A DNA stretch of 64,000 nt, from contig JAJRVJ010000009.1 in assembly GCA_024277435.1 (NCBI GenBank), positions 1,226 to 65,225 on the forward strand. Reading direction: 5' to 3'. Under the pieces are notes generated by a model that was given only the letters and a program-made list of their open reading frames with translations, made no database searches and had not been told where the DNA came from. Source of the DNA: Patescibacteria group bacterium. Lineage in GTDB: Bacteria; Patescibacteriota; Patescibacteriia; UBA9570. Made by a program: the position numbers and the translations under genes. Shown piece by piece: positions 1 to 9,706 of the stretch (within the stretch, counting starts at the first letter, position 1; the number at the start of each line of letters is the position of its first letter).

Positions 1-1861
1 CAATCATTGGATTTTCTTCATCTGGTTCAAACTGCTTACCACCAATTAATCCAGCATATTCATTCGATTTAAAATCCGACATGCGTACAATTACTTGATG
101 AGGAGCATACGCAGCCGCTAACCGACCTACTCCTAATGCTAATTGATCTACAAAGTAATCAGCTTTATTTTCATAACCAAATGTAATTTCTTCAATCTCT
201 TTCTTCACCTTTTCATCTTCAAGTTCATCGAACCGTAACAATGCAAGTGGATGCACTTTGATAGCATTCAAGATAATCATCTCTAAGCGCGCTAACCCAA
301 TTCCACGATTTGGAATCATAGAGAAATCAAACGCACGTGATGGATCACCCACAATTTGCATAATATCTGTTTTCGGCTCCTTCAACTCTCCTAAATCTGT
401 CTTCTTCACTTCAAATGGAACATCACCTTCATATACAAATCCCTTTTCACCTTCAGCACACGATACTGTTACTTCTTGATCGGTTTTAAGTAACGAAGTA
501 GCATTCTTCGTACCTACTACCGCTGGAATACCGAGTTCACGCGATACAATCGCTGCATGCGATGTGCGTCCGCCAGAATTTGTAACGATAGCTGAAGCAA
601 TTTTCATAATTGGCTCCCAATCTGGATCGGTAATTTCTGTAACCAATACTTCACCTTCTTTAAAATCGTGAATAGAGCTTACGTCTTTAAGAACGCGTAC
701 TTTACCTTGGCCAACTTTTGAACCAACCGATACACCTTCAGTAATTACTTTACCCTCACCCTTCATGAGATACTCTTCAAGAACATTTACATCACCTTGT
801 GAATGCACAGTTTCTGGACGAGCCTGTACAATATATAATTTTCCATTAATACCATCCTTAGCCCACTCAATGTCCATTGGCTTCTCATAATGCTCTTCGA
901 TTAAGCATGCCCAATATGCTAACTTCAGTACTTCATCATCAGTGAGCACATACTGTTTACTATCTTCTTCTGGAACAGGAACCTCACGTACAGGATCGTT
1001 ACCTTCCATGCTATAAATCATTTTGATCTCTTTATGACCCTTGGATTTAGCAACGATAGGACGATACTTAAACTCAGGCTCACCACCTTTCATAGTTACA
1101 CCTTCTCTTAAGGTTGGCTTATATACATAATACTCATCTGGCTCCACTTTACCTTGCACAACCATTTCACCTAATCCATATGATGCATTAATAAGCACTG
1201 CGTTTTCAAATCCAGATTCAGTATCAATAGAAAACATCACACCAGAACCCGATTTGTCAGACCGTACCATTTTTTGCACACCAACAGACAACGCTACATT
1301 AAAATGGTCGTAGCCTTTATCTTGACGATAGGAAATTGCCCGATTCGTAAATAATGAAGCCATGCACCGTTTGGTAGCATCAATTACTTCATAGTCACCC
1401 CGAACATTTAAAAATGTTTCTTGCTGCCCTGCAAATGAAGCATCGGGCATATCTTCTGCAGTTGCCGAGCTACGTACCGCTACATCCATATCATCACCAT
1501 CTTGACCCTCTAGTTTATTTAATTCTATATAAGCTTCTTCAATCGCCTTCTTCAATGCCTCCGGTAACTCAGCTTGCAAAATAGCTTCACGCACTTTATG
1601 GCCATGCTCCTGTAAATTATGTAAATCTGAAGTATCTAGTGTCGCCAAAATATCAACAATTTCCTTACGAACACCTGTTTCATCTAAGAACATATTGTAC
1701 GCATGTGCGGTAATTGCAAATCCGTTAGGAACTACAATACCTTTTGCTGCCATGTTTTGATACATTTCACCAAGAGATGCATTTTTACCACCAGCATATT
1801 GAACATCGTCCATACCTAGCTCTTTAAACCAGAGAATGAGTGCGTCTTTTTTATCTGCCAT
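1..1861 (-). CDS. ppsA: Phosphoenolpyruvate synthase (3' end truncated by window edge)
   Basis: Not in the ORF track. Manual translation from ATG 1861 gives MADKKDALILWFKELGMDDVQYAGGKNASLGEM, plus VAVRSSATAEDMPDASFAGQQETFLN, DIEWAKDG and the phospho-His motif GGRTSHAAIVSRELG. Confidence 0.96.
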   Translation of the reverse strand, partial: MADKKDALILWFKELGMDDVQYAGGKNASLGEMYQNMAAKGIVVPNGFAITAHAYNMFLDETGVRKEIVDILATLDTSDLHNLQEHGHKVREAILQAELPEALKKAIEEAYIELNKLEGQDGDDMDVAVRSSATAEDMPDASFAGQQETFLNVRGDYEVIDATKRCMASLFTNRAISYRQDKGYDHFNVALSVGVQKMVRSDKSGSGVMFSIDTESGFENAVLINASYGLGEMVVQGKVEPDEYYVYKPTLREGVTMKGGEPEFKYRPIVAKSKGHKEIKMIYSMEGNDPVREVPVPEEDSKQYVLTDDEVLKLAYWACLIEEHYEKPMDIEWAKDGINGKLYIVQARPETVHSQGDVNVLEEYLMKGEGKVITEGVSVGSKVGQGKVRVLKDVSSIHDFKEGEVLVTEITDPDWEPIMKIASAIVTNSGGRTSHAAIVSRELGIPAVVGTKNATSLLKTDQEVTVSCAEGEKGFVYEGDVPFEVKKTDLGELKEPKTDIMQIVGDPSRAFDFSMIPNRGIGLARLEMIILNAIKVHPLALLRFDELEDEKVKKEIEEITFGYENKADYFVDQLALGVGRLAAAYAPHQVIVRMSDFKSNEYAGLIGGKQFEPDEENPMI

Positions 1862-1903
1862 AATGAATAATTGAGGGATTAATTAATGAATATAACACGG
1901 CGT

Positions 1904-1932
1904 ATTATATAGTATGATGATATCATTGTCTA
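1904..1932 (-). promoter_or_regulatory. Sigma70-type promoter of ppsA
   Basis: TAGACA-17 nt-TATAAT on the minus strand. Confidence 0.55.
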
Positions 1933-1934
1933 GA

Positions 1935-2570
1935 TTAAGTGTAAGCCAAAATACCTATATTAATACTAGTTCTTTTTTTTGAATATATCGCTTCTTGGAT
2001 TGTTTAAATTTCATTGTATTACTGTGCGCACCGGTAACAGTAATCTTTACTCGTTTAACGCTACTTGTTAAAAACCCTTAACATCAAACCGCACTGTCTT
2101 AAACTCTTTATTGCGTGAAAAAGATTGTGGCACAATTGTTACTTTATTATACGTGGCTGTATCAATGACTTCTGTTGAAGAAGCATCTATACCAGCTCTA
2201 CTATTTAAATTTATGATGTTCTTTTTAAGAATTGCGCCTTTCTTATTTACTCCTTCAATTTTGATGCGATTAAAATCTTGTTCATCACTAGGAATCTTTA
2301 TGCGAACCCGCAACTGCCTACCTACTCTTCGTAAACGCATCTTGACTGTATTATTTTGCGTATATTCTAAAAACAATAATGAATTTACGTGCGGATCAAA
2401 ACCAATAGCGTTACAGTTAGCCTCCAACGAACAGGTTGTGCCTACGTGCACATCACCAGCATATCGCTACTCTATATATATGCATCTACAGCCGCAACAT
2501 ATTGTTGATACGTGCGCTCACGCACATTCGCTTCTCTACCCCCCCCTGTATACTCTGAATAAGAATCCAT
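1935..2570 (-). pseudogene. Fragmented gene for a basic hypothetical protein
   Basis: The 127-aa ORF 2068..2451 has coding-like continuations in other frames on both sides. Breaks lie near the homopolymers at ~2540 and ~2070, with a TAG near 2468. Confidence 0.45.
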
Positions 2571-2592
2571 AAATCACAAATGTGTTAAATAC

Positions 2593-3645
2593 CTAATTTA
2601 GCCACCAACTCATGAGCTGATCTTTTTCTGTGCTAGAAATTGTATGCCCACCTGAGTACACATTATATGTTACATCAAAACCAAGACCTTGAAGTGTAGA
2701 TTCATACAGTGAAAGTTCGTCAGGTATGCGTAATGTGTCATCTTCGCCTGTTGAAAGCCAGGCCCTTGGTTTTTCATCACCAAATCCTCCAGAAAATATT
2801 CCGCCATGCAATACAGCGAAGTGCGTAAACCGATCATCGTTAGTTGCAAGATACGCCGTGTAGCTACCTCCGGCTGAAAAGCCCGCTGTAAGCATATGGT
2901 TAGCATCTTCATATACATTACTCTTTGCTAGCACTTCTTCAAGAGTGTTGAGCGTATGTGTATAATCTTCTGTAATTTCACCTTCTATGGTGCCCACCTC
3001 CCAAATATATTCCCCACTTGGAGACATGCGTGAATCTGGCGCTACAATAATGAAGCCGTATTCTTCTGCATACTCATCAAAAAAATTCAGTATCTCATTA
3101 CCATCTCCACCCGTACCATGAAAAGCCACCATTACCGGTAAGCATTGAGTATTGTATCCGGTTGGTAAATAATACTTACCATCTCGGCCAGCAGAATTTT
3201 TCGTACTGATATCTCCACGAACAGCTGCTAATGGACTTGCGCTAGTATCTGCTTCACAGGTAAATGACTCTTCCTCTGGTTCTTCTGGAACTACCTCACA
3301 GCTAGTATGTACGTATTTTTTCTTGGCCCATTTCGAGGCTTTCTTTTTCTTGGTCTTAACTACTCGTACGCGAATACGATATGTTTTATCTTCTACAAAA
3401 GTACTATCACTAAATTTCTTCTTCTTGTTCTTGGTCTTTTTATTCTTAATAACATTACTACTACCTTTAATCACTTTCACACGATACTTCTTTGCGCCGC
3501 TGCGGCGCTTCCACTTAATCTCCACTTTTTCACCAGAGCATTCTACCGTAAGATTTTGTGGCTTCTTAAAGCTTTTCTTGGCTACCACACTTGATGGCGC
3601 TAACATAAATATTGATACCAATAGAATAGCGCTAATGTACCGCAT
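2593..3645 (-). CDS. Secreted alpha/beta-hydrolase (esterase/PHB-depolymerase-like) with Lys-rich FN3-like N-domain
   Basis: Signal peptide MRYISAILLVSIF, FHGTGG, nucleophile GFSAGG and C-terminal GGH. Start set at the internal ATG 3645. Confidence 0.75.
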   Translation of the reverse strand: MRYISAILLVSIFMLAPSSVVAKKSFKKPQNLTVECSGEKVEIKWKRRSGAKKYRVKVIKGSSNVIKNKKTKNKKKKFSDSTFVEDKTYRIRVRVVKTKKKKASKWAKKKYVHTSCEVVPEEPEEESFTCEADTSASPLAAVRGDISTKNSAGRDGKYYLPTGYNTQCLPVMVAFHGTGGDGNEILNFFDEYAEEYGFIIVAPDSRMSPSGEYIWEVGTIEGEITEDYTHTLNTLEEVLAKSNVYEDANHMLTAGFSAGGSYTAYLATNDDRFTHFAVLHGGIFSGGFGDEKPRAWLSTGEDDTLRIPDELSLYESTLQGLGFDVTYNVYSGGHTISSTEKDQLMSWWLN

Positions 3646-3646
3646 A

Positions 3647-5071
3647 TTACACTGTGTGTAATTTAACCATGTTCGCTCCATGCGATTTACCTACCGGCTG
3701 ACCAGTAACTATTACAATATTATCTTTGGCTTTTACCAACTTAGTTTTTTTCATAAGAGCAGCCGACTTACGAATCAACTCATCAAGCGTTTTACACTTC
3801 GGTAATACATATGCCTGCGCACCCCATGTTAGAGCCATTTTATTTTGTGTGAGAGAATCATTTGTGAGTACAGCAATAATTATTTCCGGACGATGCCGCG
3901 CTACCATACGTGCTGTATGACCAGTAATCGAATTTACCACAATAGCTTTCACACCTTCTTGCTGAGCTAAATCATATGCCACAATAGAAATAGAGTCTTC
4001 AATGGATGCATGTTTAATCTGCAAATAATGCCCTGGCAGATCATCAAATTGAGAAGCTTCAGTTTTCTTAATAATATCAGTCATCATTTTTACCGATTCC
4101 ACTGGATATTTTCCAGAGGCGCTTTCACCGGAAAGCATTACTGCATCGGTATGATCTATTACTGCATTGGCTACGTCGGAAACTTCGGCACGAGTTGGCC
4201 GAGGATTAATCATCATCGATTCCAACATTTGTGTTGCCACAATTACTGGCTTGCCAACTAACATACATTTTTCAATCATGGTTTTTTGCGCCAATGGCAC
4301 GTCCGATGCTTTAATTTCAATACCCAAATCACCACGCGCTACCATAATCCCATCGGCCGCTTCAAGAATGCCATCAAAATTCTTTAACGCCTCCTTACGC
4401 TCGATCTTAGCAATAATATGTACGTCTTTATTTCCAAGTAATTTACGTAATGCCTGGACATTATTAGCATCCTTCACAAAGGATAGTGCTACAAAATCAA
4501 TACCGTTGCGCAAACCAAATTTTAGATCCTCTTTATCTTTTTTTGTAATTACCGTAGCATCGATAGTTGTGCCTGGTAAATTAATGCCTTTGTGTGAAAA
4601 AATAATACCCGCCTTTTGGACTACTCCATAAATATGCTGATCTTTTACACTCGTTACCTTAATATCAATCAAGCCATCATTAATTAAAATATGGCTACCC
4701 TTTTTTACATTCTTATATAGTGGCTTGTATCCAACAGGGATAATCTTCTCTTTACCCATAACCACCATTTTGTAATCTACCAAATCCTCGTGCGCTAATA
4801 CCACCTTCTCTCCCCGCGTAAGTTCAACGCCATCTTTTTGCACCTCTCCAACACGAATGCGTGGCCCCTGCAAATCTTGCATGATGGCAACGGTGTGGCC
4901 AAGCTCTTTAGCGGTACTACGAATGGTTTTTATAATTTCTTTGTGTTGAGTATATGTGCCATGAGAAAAATTTAAACGGGCCACATTCATACCCGCTTGC
5001 ATCATTTTCTTTAAGGTTATTTTTGTATTGGATGCTGGTCCAATTGTGCAGACAATTTTCGTTTTTTTCAT
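3647..5071 (-). CDS. pyk: Pyruvate kinase
   Basis: KTKIVCTIGP, RLNFSHG, MVARGDLG, ATQMLESM, MLSGESA. Confidence 0.98.
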   Translation of the reverse strand: MKKTKIVCTIGPASNTKITLKKMMQAGMNVARLNFSHGTYTQHKEIIKTIRSTAKELGHTVAIMQDLQGPRIRVGEVQKDGVELTRGEKVVLAHEDLVDYKMVVMGKEKIIPVGYKPLYKNVKKGSHILINDGLIDIKVTSVKDQHIYGVVQKAGIIFSHKGINLPGTTIDATVITKKDKEDLKFGLRNGIDFVALSFVKDANNVQALRKLLGNKDVHIIAKIERKEALKNFDGILEAADGIMVARGDLGIEIKASDVPLAQKTMIEKCMLVGKPVIVATQMLESMMINPRPTRAEVSDVANAVIDHTDAVMLSGESASGKYPVESVKMMTDIIKKTEASQFDDLPGHYLQIKHASIEDSISIVAYDLAQQEGVKAIVVNSITGHTARMVARHRPEIIIAVLTNDSLTQNKMALTWGAQAYVLPKCKTLDELIRKSAALMKKTKLVKAKDNIVIVTGQPVGKSHGANMVKLHTV

Positions 5072-5090
5072 AGATTTATTGTAACATATC

Positions 5091-5202
5091 TCGACCCCTC
5101 TCCCAATTCTTTCACTAACCGTTCAAGATCCCCTTCCCTCATTTTTAGGAGAGAAGGGGATACAAAAAACCCCTCCTGAAAGGAGGGGTTGGGGAGGGTC
5201 GA
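5091..5202. repeat. GC-rich nested palindromic (REP/MITE-like) element containing the efp-operon terminator
   Basis: Outer imperfect inverted repeat tcgacccctctcccaa / ttggggagggtcga. Inner hairpins at ~5129-5160 and aacccctcct-gaa-aggaggggtt, followed by a T-run on the minus strand. Confidence 0.55.
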
Positions 5203-5209
5203 TAAAAGC

Positions 5210-5782
5210 TTAATTCGAGCTCTTATTGGCACGCTCTACATATTCGCCAGTTTCTGTATTTACGATAATTTGCTCATCTTGCTTAATGAATAGCGGTACT
5301 GGTAATTCATATCCAGTTCCTAATCTCACACGTTTAGTGGCATTTCCAGCGGTATCACCTTTTACTCCCGGAGGAGCTTCCACAACGGTAAGCGTTACCT
5401 TTGGTGGAAGTGAGATTGTTACCGGCCTACCATTAAAACTCATTACTTCAACATCCTCACCTTCTTTCACAAAGTTTGAAATTTCACCAATAGCCTCAGC
5501 TTCAAGTGCAAACTGTTCGTAGGATTCATTATCCATAAATTGATACTGACTACCTTCAATGTACAAAAAATTTGCTTTTGTACGTGTTAAGTCAGCTTCC
5601 TCAATTTTATCACCACCCTTAAAGGTATGTTCACGAACAGATCCAGTGATGAGATTTTTAAGCTTAGTGCGTAATACAGCACTACCACGACCCATTTGCA
5701 AATGATCGGTTGAAATTACTCGGAATGGCGCCCCTTCAAAATCGAGCACCTTTCCAAGTTTAATATCGCTCATTGTTAACAT
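5210..5782 (-). CDS. efp: Elongation factor P
   Basis: QMGRGSAVLRTKLKNL, FMDNESYEQ, PGVKGDTA, TGEYVER. Confidence 0.97.
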   Translation of the reverse strand: MLTMSDIKLGKVLDFEGAPFRVISTDHLQMGRGSAVLRTKLKNLITGSVREHTFKGGDKIEEADLTRTKANFLYIEGSQYQFMDNESYEQFALEAEAIGEISNFVKEGEDVEVMSFNGRPVTISLPPKVTLTVVEAPPGVKGDTAGNATKRVRLGTGYELPVPLFIKQDEQIIVNTETGEYVERANKSSN

Positions 5783-5785
5783 AGT

Positions 5786-6013
5786 TTATCTACGAACGTA
5801 AGGAATTAACGCCATGTAACGAGCTCGCTTTACAGCCTGAGCTAATTTACGTTGTGTTTTTGCATCGGTACCCAAACGTTTTGCTGGAAGAATTTTTGCA
5901 TAATTAGAAATTACGCGACGCACAATTTGCAAATTCTTATAATCCAACGCCCGCGGATCGATGTCTAACGGTTCGCGCTGTTTCTTTTTGCGCTTGTTAT
6001 ATTTGTAAGCCAT
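5786..6013 (-). CDS. rpsR: 30S ribosomal protein S18
   Basis: LDYKN...KILP...QRKLAQAVKRARYMALIPY; rpsF-ssb-rpsR synteny. Confidence 0.96.
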   Translation of the reverse strand: MAYKYNKRKKKQREPLDIDPRALDYKNLQIVRRVISNYAKILPAKRLGTDAKTQRKLAQAVKRARYMALIPYVRR

Positions 6014-6040
6014 TATGATGTATGTTTGTTATTCGATAAT

Positions 6041-6484
6041 TTAGAATGGAATGTCTTCTACACTAATTTCTTCAGCTGCAGAACTTACATTTGGTTCTGG
6101 CGGAGCTTCTGTTGGTGCTGGAGCTGTAGTAGAAACTGGAGCTCCGCCACCGCCGGCACGAGAACTTAGCATAATAAGGTTATTGGCAATAATTTCTGTA
6201 CGATATTTCTTTACTCCACTCGGATCTTCCCAAGAACGAGTTTCAAGGCGTCCTTCAATATATACCTTCATACCTTTTTTCACATACTGCTGAATAATCT
6301 CGGCTAATTTGCGCCAAGCAACAATATTATGAAATTCTGCCTTCTCTTGCTTCCCACCAGATTGATCTGTCCATTGACGATTCGTAGCAATTGAAAATGA
6401 AGCTACCATTTGTCCAGATGGAATTGTTTTTACTTCAGGATCACGGGTTACATTACCGATGATCATTACTTTATTAAGATCCAT
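6041..6484 (-). CDS. ssb: Single-stranded DNA-binding protein
   Basis: LNKVMIIGNVTRDPE, VYIEGRLETRSW and C-terminal EDIPF. Confidence 0.98.
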   Translation of the reverse strand: MDLNKVMIIGNVTRDPEVKTIPSGQMVASFSIATNRQWTDQSGGKQEKAEFHNIVAWRKLAEIIQQYVKKGMKVYIEGRLETRSWEDPSGVKKYRTEIIANNLIMLSSRAGGGGAPVSTTAPAPTEAPPEPNVSSAAEEISVEDIPF

Positions 6485-6503
6485 AGATGTAATACTTAAT
6501 AAT

Positions 6504-7130
6504 TTATAATTTAGTTTCGATATCTGTATCGTCTAAGATTGCGTCGAGCTTTTTATCAAGATCTTCTACTGATACACTTTTAGGATCTGCTGCTTCTTTT
6601 TCTTCAGTAACTTCTTCAGCTTTTGTTTCACCAGGCGCTAAATCACCTTTTGCTTCAGCTGCACTTTCTTCCGCTGGTTTTTCCACTGGTTTCTCAATAG
6701 GTTTTTCGGCTGCACGTTCTTTAGCGCGTTTAGCATCTTCTTCTACACCACCTTCAGTAGCCTTTACTGGCTCTTCAACAATTGGTTGAGCTTGCCCAGG
6801 ATGATGATCGGCTAACATTTTTGTAAGCTCTTCTTCAGTACGTTGAATACCTTTTACAAGTAGGTACCGTAATACATCTGGATCAAGGCGAAGTTGCTTA
6901 TCTAACTCAGCCATTTGGCTACGTTCGATATTAAAATACACCAAGTAATAATGACCTGATGTTTGTCGCTTTACTTGGTATTGTAAACGACGTCGACCTA
7001 AATCATGGTCGGCAACGATGCTACCACCTGCGGCAGTAACAAGACCCATGGCGCGTTCTTTCACTGCAGGAACTTGGCTCTCATCTAAGGAACCAGGAAC
7101 AATGAACATTAGTTCATATACTTCATTCAT
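6504..7130 (-). CDS. rpsF: 30S ribosomal protein S6 with long acidic C-terminal extension
   Basis: YELMFIV, GRRRLQYQV, VLRYLLVK. Likely start ATG 7130; ORF track start is 7154. Confidence 0.93.
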   Translation of the reverse strand: MNEVYELMFIVPGSLDESQVPAVKERAMGLVTAAGGSIVADHDLGRRRLQYQVKRQTSGHYYLVYFNIERSQMAELDKQLRLDPDVLRYLLVKGIQRTEEELTKMLADHHPGQAQPIVEEPVKATEGGVEEDAKRAKERAAEKPIEKPVEKPAEESAAEAKGDLAPGETKAEEVTEEKEAADPKSVSVEDLDKKLDAILDDTDIETKL

Positions 7131-7234
7131 ATATTTTTTCTTTTGTGCGTACATCCATTATTGCTATACTCGCACGATTCGAGGACAATAATATGGATAA
7201 TTAAGGATGCAACACTTAATAAATTAGCCTGCGT

Positions 7235-7263
7235 AGTGTACCAATAAGTTATTATGGTGTCAA
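7235..7263 (-). promoter_or_regulatory. Sigma70 promoter of the rpsF operon
   Basis: TTGACA-17 nt-TACACT. Confidence 0.7.
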
Positions 7264-7278
7264 CTGCCGTGAGATGCC

Positions 7279-7307
7279 AAAAAACCCCTGTATTTTCAGG
7301 GGTTTTT
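7279..7307. terminator. Intrinsic terminator downstream of the response regulator
   Basis: aaaaacccctg-tatttt-caggggttttt perfect hairpin with A/T runs on both sides. Confidence 0.75.
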
Positions 7308-7330
7308 GATACATATTATTATGTGAGAAG

Positions 7331-7696
7331 CTAGATATATTTATTAATCTTCTCAACTACACTACTCATTGTTTGCTCGGCTTTAAGTAAGTAGTCAACT
7401 GCGCCGAGATCTAACCCTCGTTGCTTATCTGACTCCTGTTCTAATACAGTTAGAATAATCACAGGAATATCCTTAAGAGCTTCATCAGCCTTTACTTCTT
7501 TAAGAACATCAAATCCATTCTTTACAGGTAAAATAAGGTCAAGAAGAATTAAGTCTGGTTTTTCTTTACCTAGCGCTACCAATGCCTCTGCTCCATCTAA
7601 AACAGACTCAACAACAAACCCTCCCCTTTCAAGGCCATCCTTGAAGATTCTGGAATAGAACTTATCATCTTCAACAAGTAAGATTTTTTTATTCAT
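7331..7696 (-). CDS. Single-domain response regulator (receiver)
   Basis: ILLVEDD, DLILLDLILP, IPVIILT, GAVDYLLK. Confidence 0.93.
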   Translation of the reverse strand: MNKKILLVEDDKFYSRIFKDGLERGGFVVESVLDGAEALVALGKEKPDLILLDLILPVKNGFDVLKEVKADEALKDIPVIILTVLEQESDKQRGLDLGAVDYLLKAEQTMSSVVEKINKYI

Positions 7697-7723
7697 ACTC
7701 TTCTTTTTAATGATTATTGATAA

Positions 7724-9706
7724 TTATATTCGTCTTATGGGAATAGTAACATAAAATATAGAGCCCCTCCCCTTTCCTTTTGACTCAAACCAAATTTTAC
7801 CTCCTAACGACTCAATAATTGATTTTGCAACATATAATCCTAATCCAGACCCTTCTGTTCTAGACCTTTTTGCATCATCTGTTCTAAAAAATTTAGTAAA
7901 AATATTCTTTCGATCCTTTTCATCTATCCCAATGCCTGAGTCTTTTACAGATATCTTATATTCTCCCGCCTGTGCATTTTTTGTTAATTCAACGAACACA
8001 CGAGATGCCTTTGGAGAATAATATAGTGCATTACTAATTAAATTCCGAATCACTTGAAAAAAATAAATATGATCCACTCTTATCATTTCATTATCTTGTA
8101 AATGTGGTGTAAATACAATTTCCTGCCCTTCCTCTCTTGCTAATAAGCTAAATTCTTTAATAAGTTCTTCAATACCCTCCTTGATATTAATATTAACTGG
8201 CTTGAATTCTAGTTTGGCAGACTCAAGCCTAGATACATCAAGTAGCTCATGAACAAGCTGATGCATGCGCACATTAGAATTATGTATTAAATCCAAATAT
8301 TCTTTTTGTTTTTCATTGATCTTTCCATAATCTTCATTCAATAATGATTCAGTAAGAAGCTTAATGGCGCCAAGCGGTGTATTAAGTTGATGAGATGCAG
8401 AAGATACAAACTCTGATTTTGCACGACTCAACCGCTGCTCTTCACTGACATCTTTAAATACCACAACGCTACCATGAATCTTCTCATCACCATCAATAAC
8501 AGGTGCCGCGCACACAGAAATAGGGATAACATTGTGTGATTTTTTTATTCGCAAATAAATATTATTTACCTCTGTGAAACCGCTACATAAATTAATAGAC
8601 TTATTTACCACAGAAGCAATTGAATCAAGAACATTTGCTCCAGACTCATCTGTGGTAACAAAAACAGCATCGTACTTTTTACCAAGTACATTACTTTCTT
8701 TAGCACCAATAAAATCAAGAGCAACCCGGTTTATAGCTGTAATAGCATTATCTTCATCTATTACAAATAAGCCTTCACCAATACTTTCAATAATAGCCTC
8801 CGCTCGATTTTTTTCTTTTTCTAAAGCCATCTCTCCTTTTTTTCTATCTGTAACATCACGAATAATGGCCATTGTTCCCGACTTCCCTTTAAAAGAAATT
8901 TGTTGCGCAGAAATTTCTGTATGCCTAATCACGCCGTCTTTTCTGATGGCATCAAACGAGTATTGTTTTGGAACATCTTTTCCGGCCAAACGATCCTGAT
9001 ATCTTTTTAAGATCAATGGACGATGATACTCTGCAACAAGTTGTAGTATTGGCATTCCAATAAGCTCTTCCACCTAATAGCCTGTAATCTTAACGGTTGC
9101 ATGATTTGTAAATACTAATTTTCCATCCTGTATGATATTAATACTGTCATGCGCACCATTAACAACCGCAGAATACTTAGTCTCGGATTCTTGTAATTTT
9201 GCAAAAGCCTCCTGTCGCTCCGTAACATCTTCATGCATCATGACTACACTCTGAATCGTATCATTTTTATCTTTGATAGAGTATATCTGCGACTGCACCC
9301 AACGCTTCCTGCCCCTTATCTTAACCGACGTTGTTTTTTCTGGCGTATATTCAAACACTGGAAGAGTAACTACCTCTCCTGCAAACGCTTTTTCAATAAG
9401 AGGCATAAATCCCAATGCTCGAATCTGATCATCTTTTAAGATATTATACTTTTTATGAATCAACGATAATTCTTCTCGACTCACATCCCATAATTTACTA
9501 TACGCATCATTAACTTGTGTGATTTTACCGTCAGGCGTCATTATTTGAATAGCAATAGTAGACTGCTCCATTAACATTCTGAATTTTTCTTCGCTCTGCT
9601 GCAACTCAAGCTTTGTCTGCTCAAGATCTTCAAGCATATTCAATAAAACAGCAGGCTTAAGCAGCTTCTTAGTAGTACGTTCCTTGTTTCTTGCTCTCTT
9701 AATCAA
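7724..9706 (-). pseudogene. Multi-PAS sensor histidine kinase interrupted by one in-frame TAG (9074-9076)
   Basis: ORFs 9074..9706 and 7724..9073 are in the same frame and read ITGY*VEELIG across the stop, inside a PAS domain. H-box ASHQLNTPL, N-box NLISNA, G-boxes DSGIGI and GSGLGL are intact. Confidence 0.8.

Noticed and set aside
258-479. Short plus-strand ORF, and similar antisense ORFs across the window (e.g. 4167..4631, 8574..8999, 51211..51585, 60248..61318)
   Set aside because: Shadows of well-supported genes on the opposite strand, with no recognisable motifs.
2111-2572. 153-aa plus-strand ORF
   Set aside because: TTG start, no motif, and antisense to a more protein-like fragmented minus-strand frame in a minus-strand neighbourhood.
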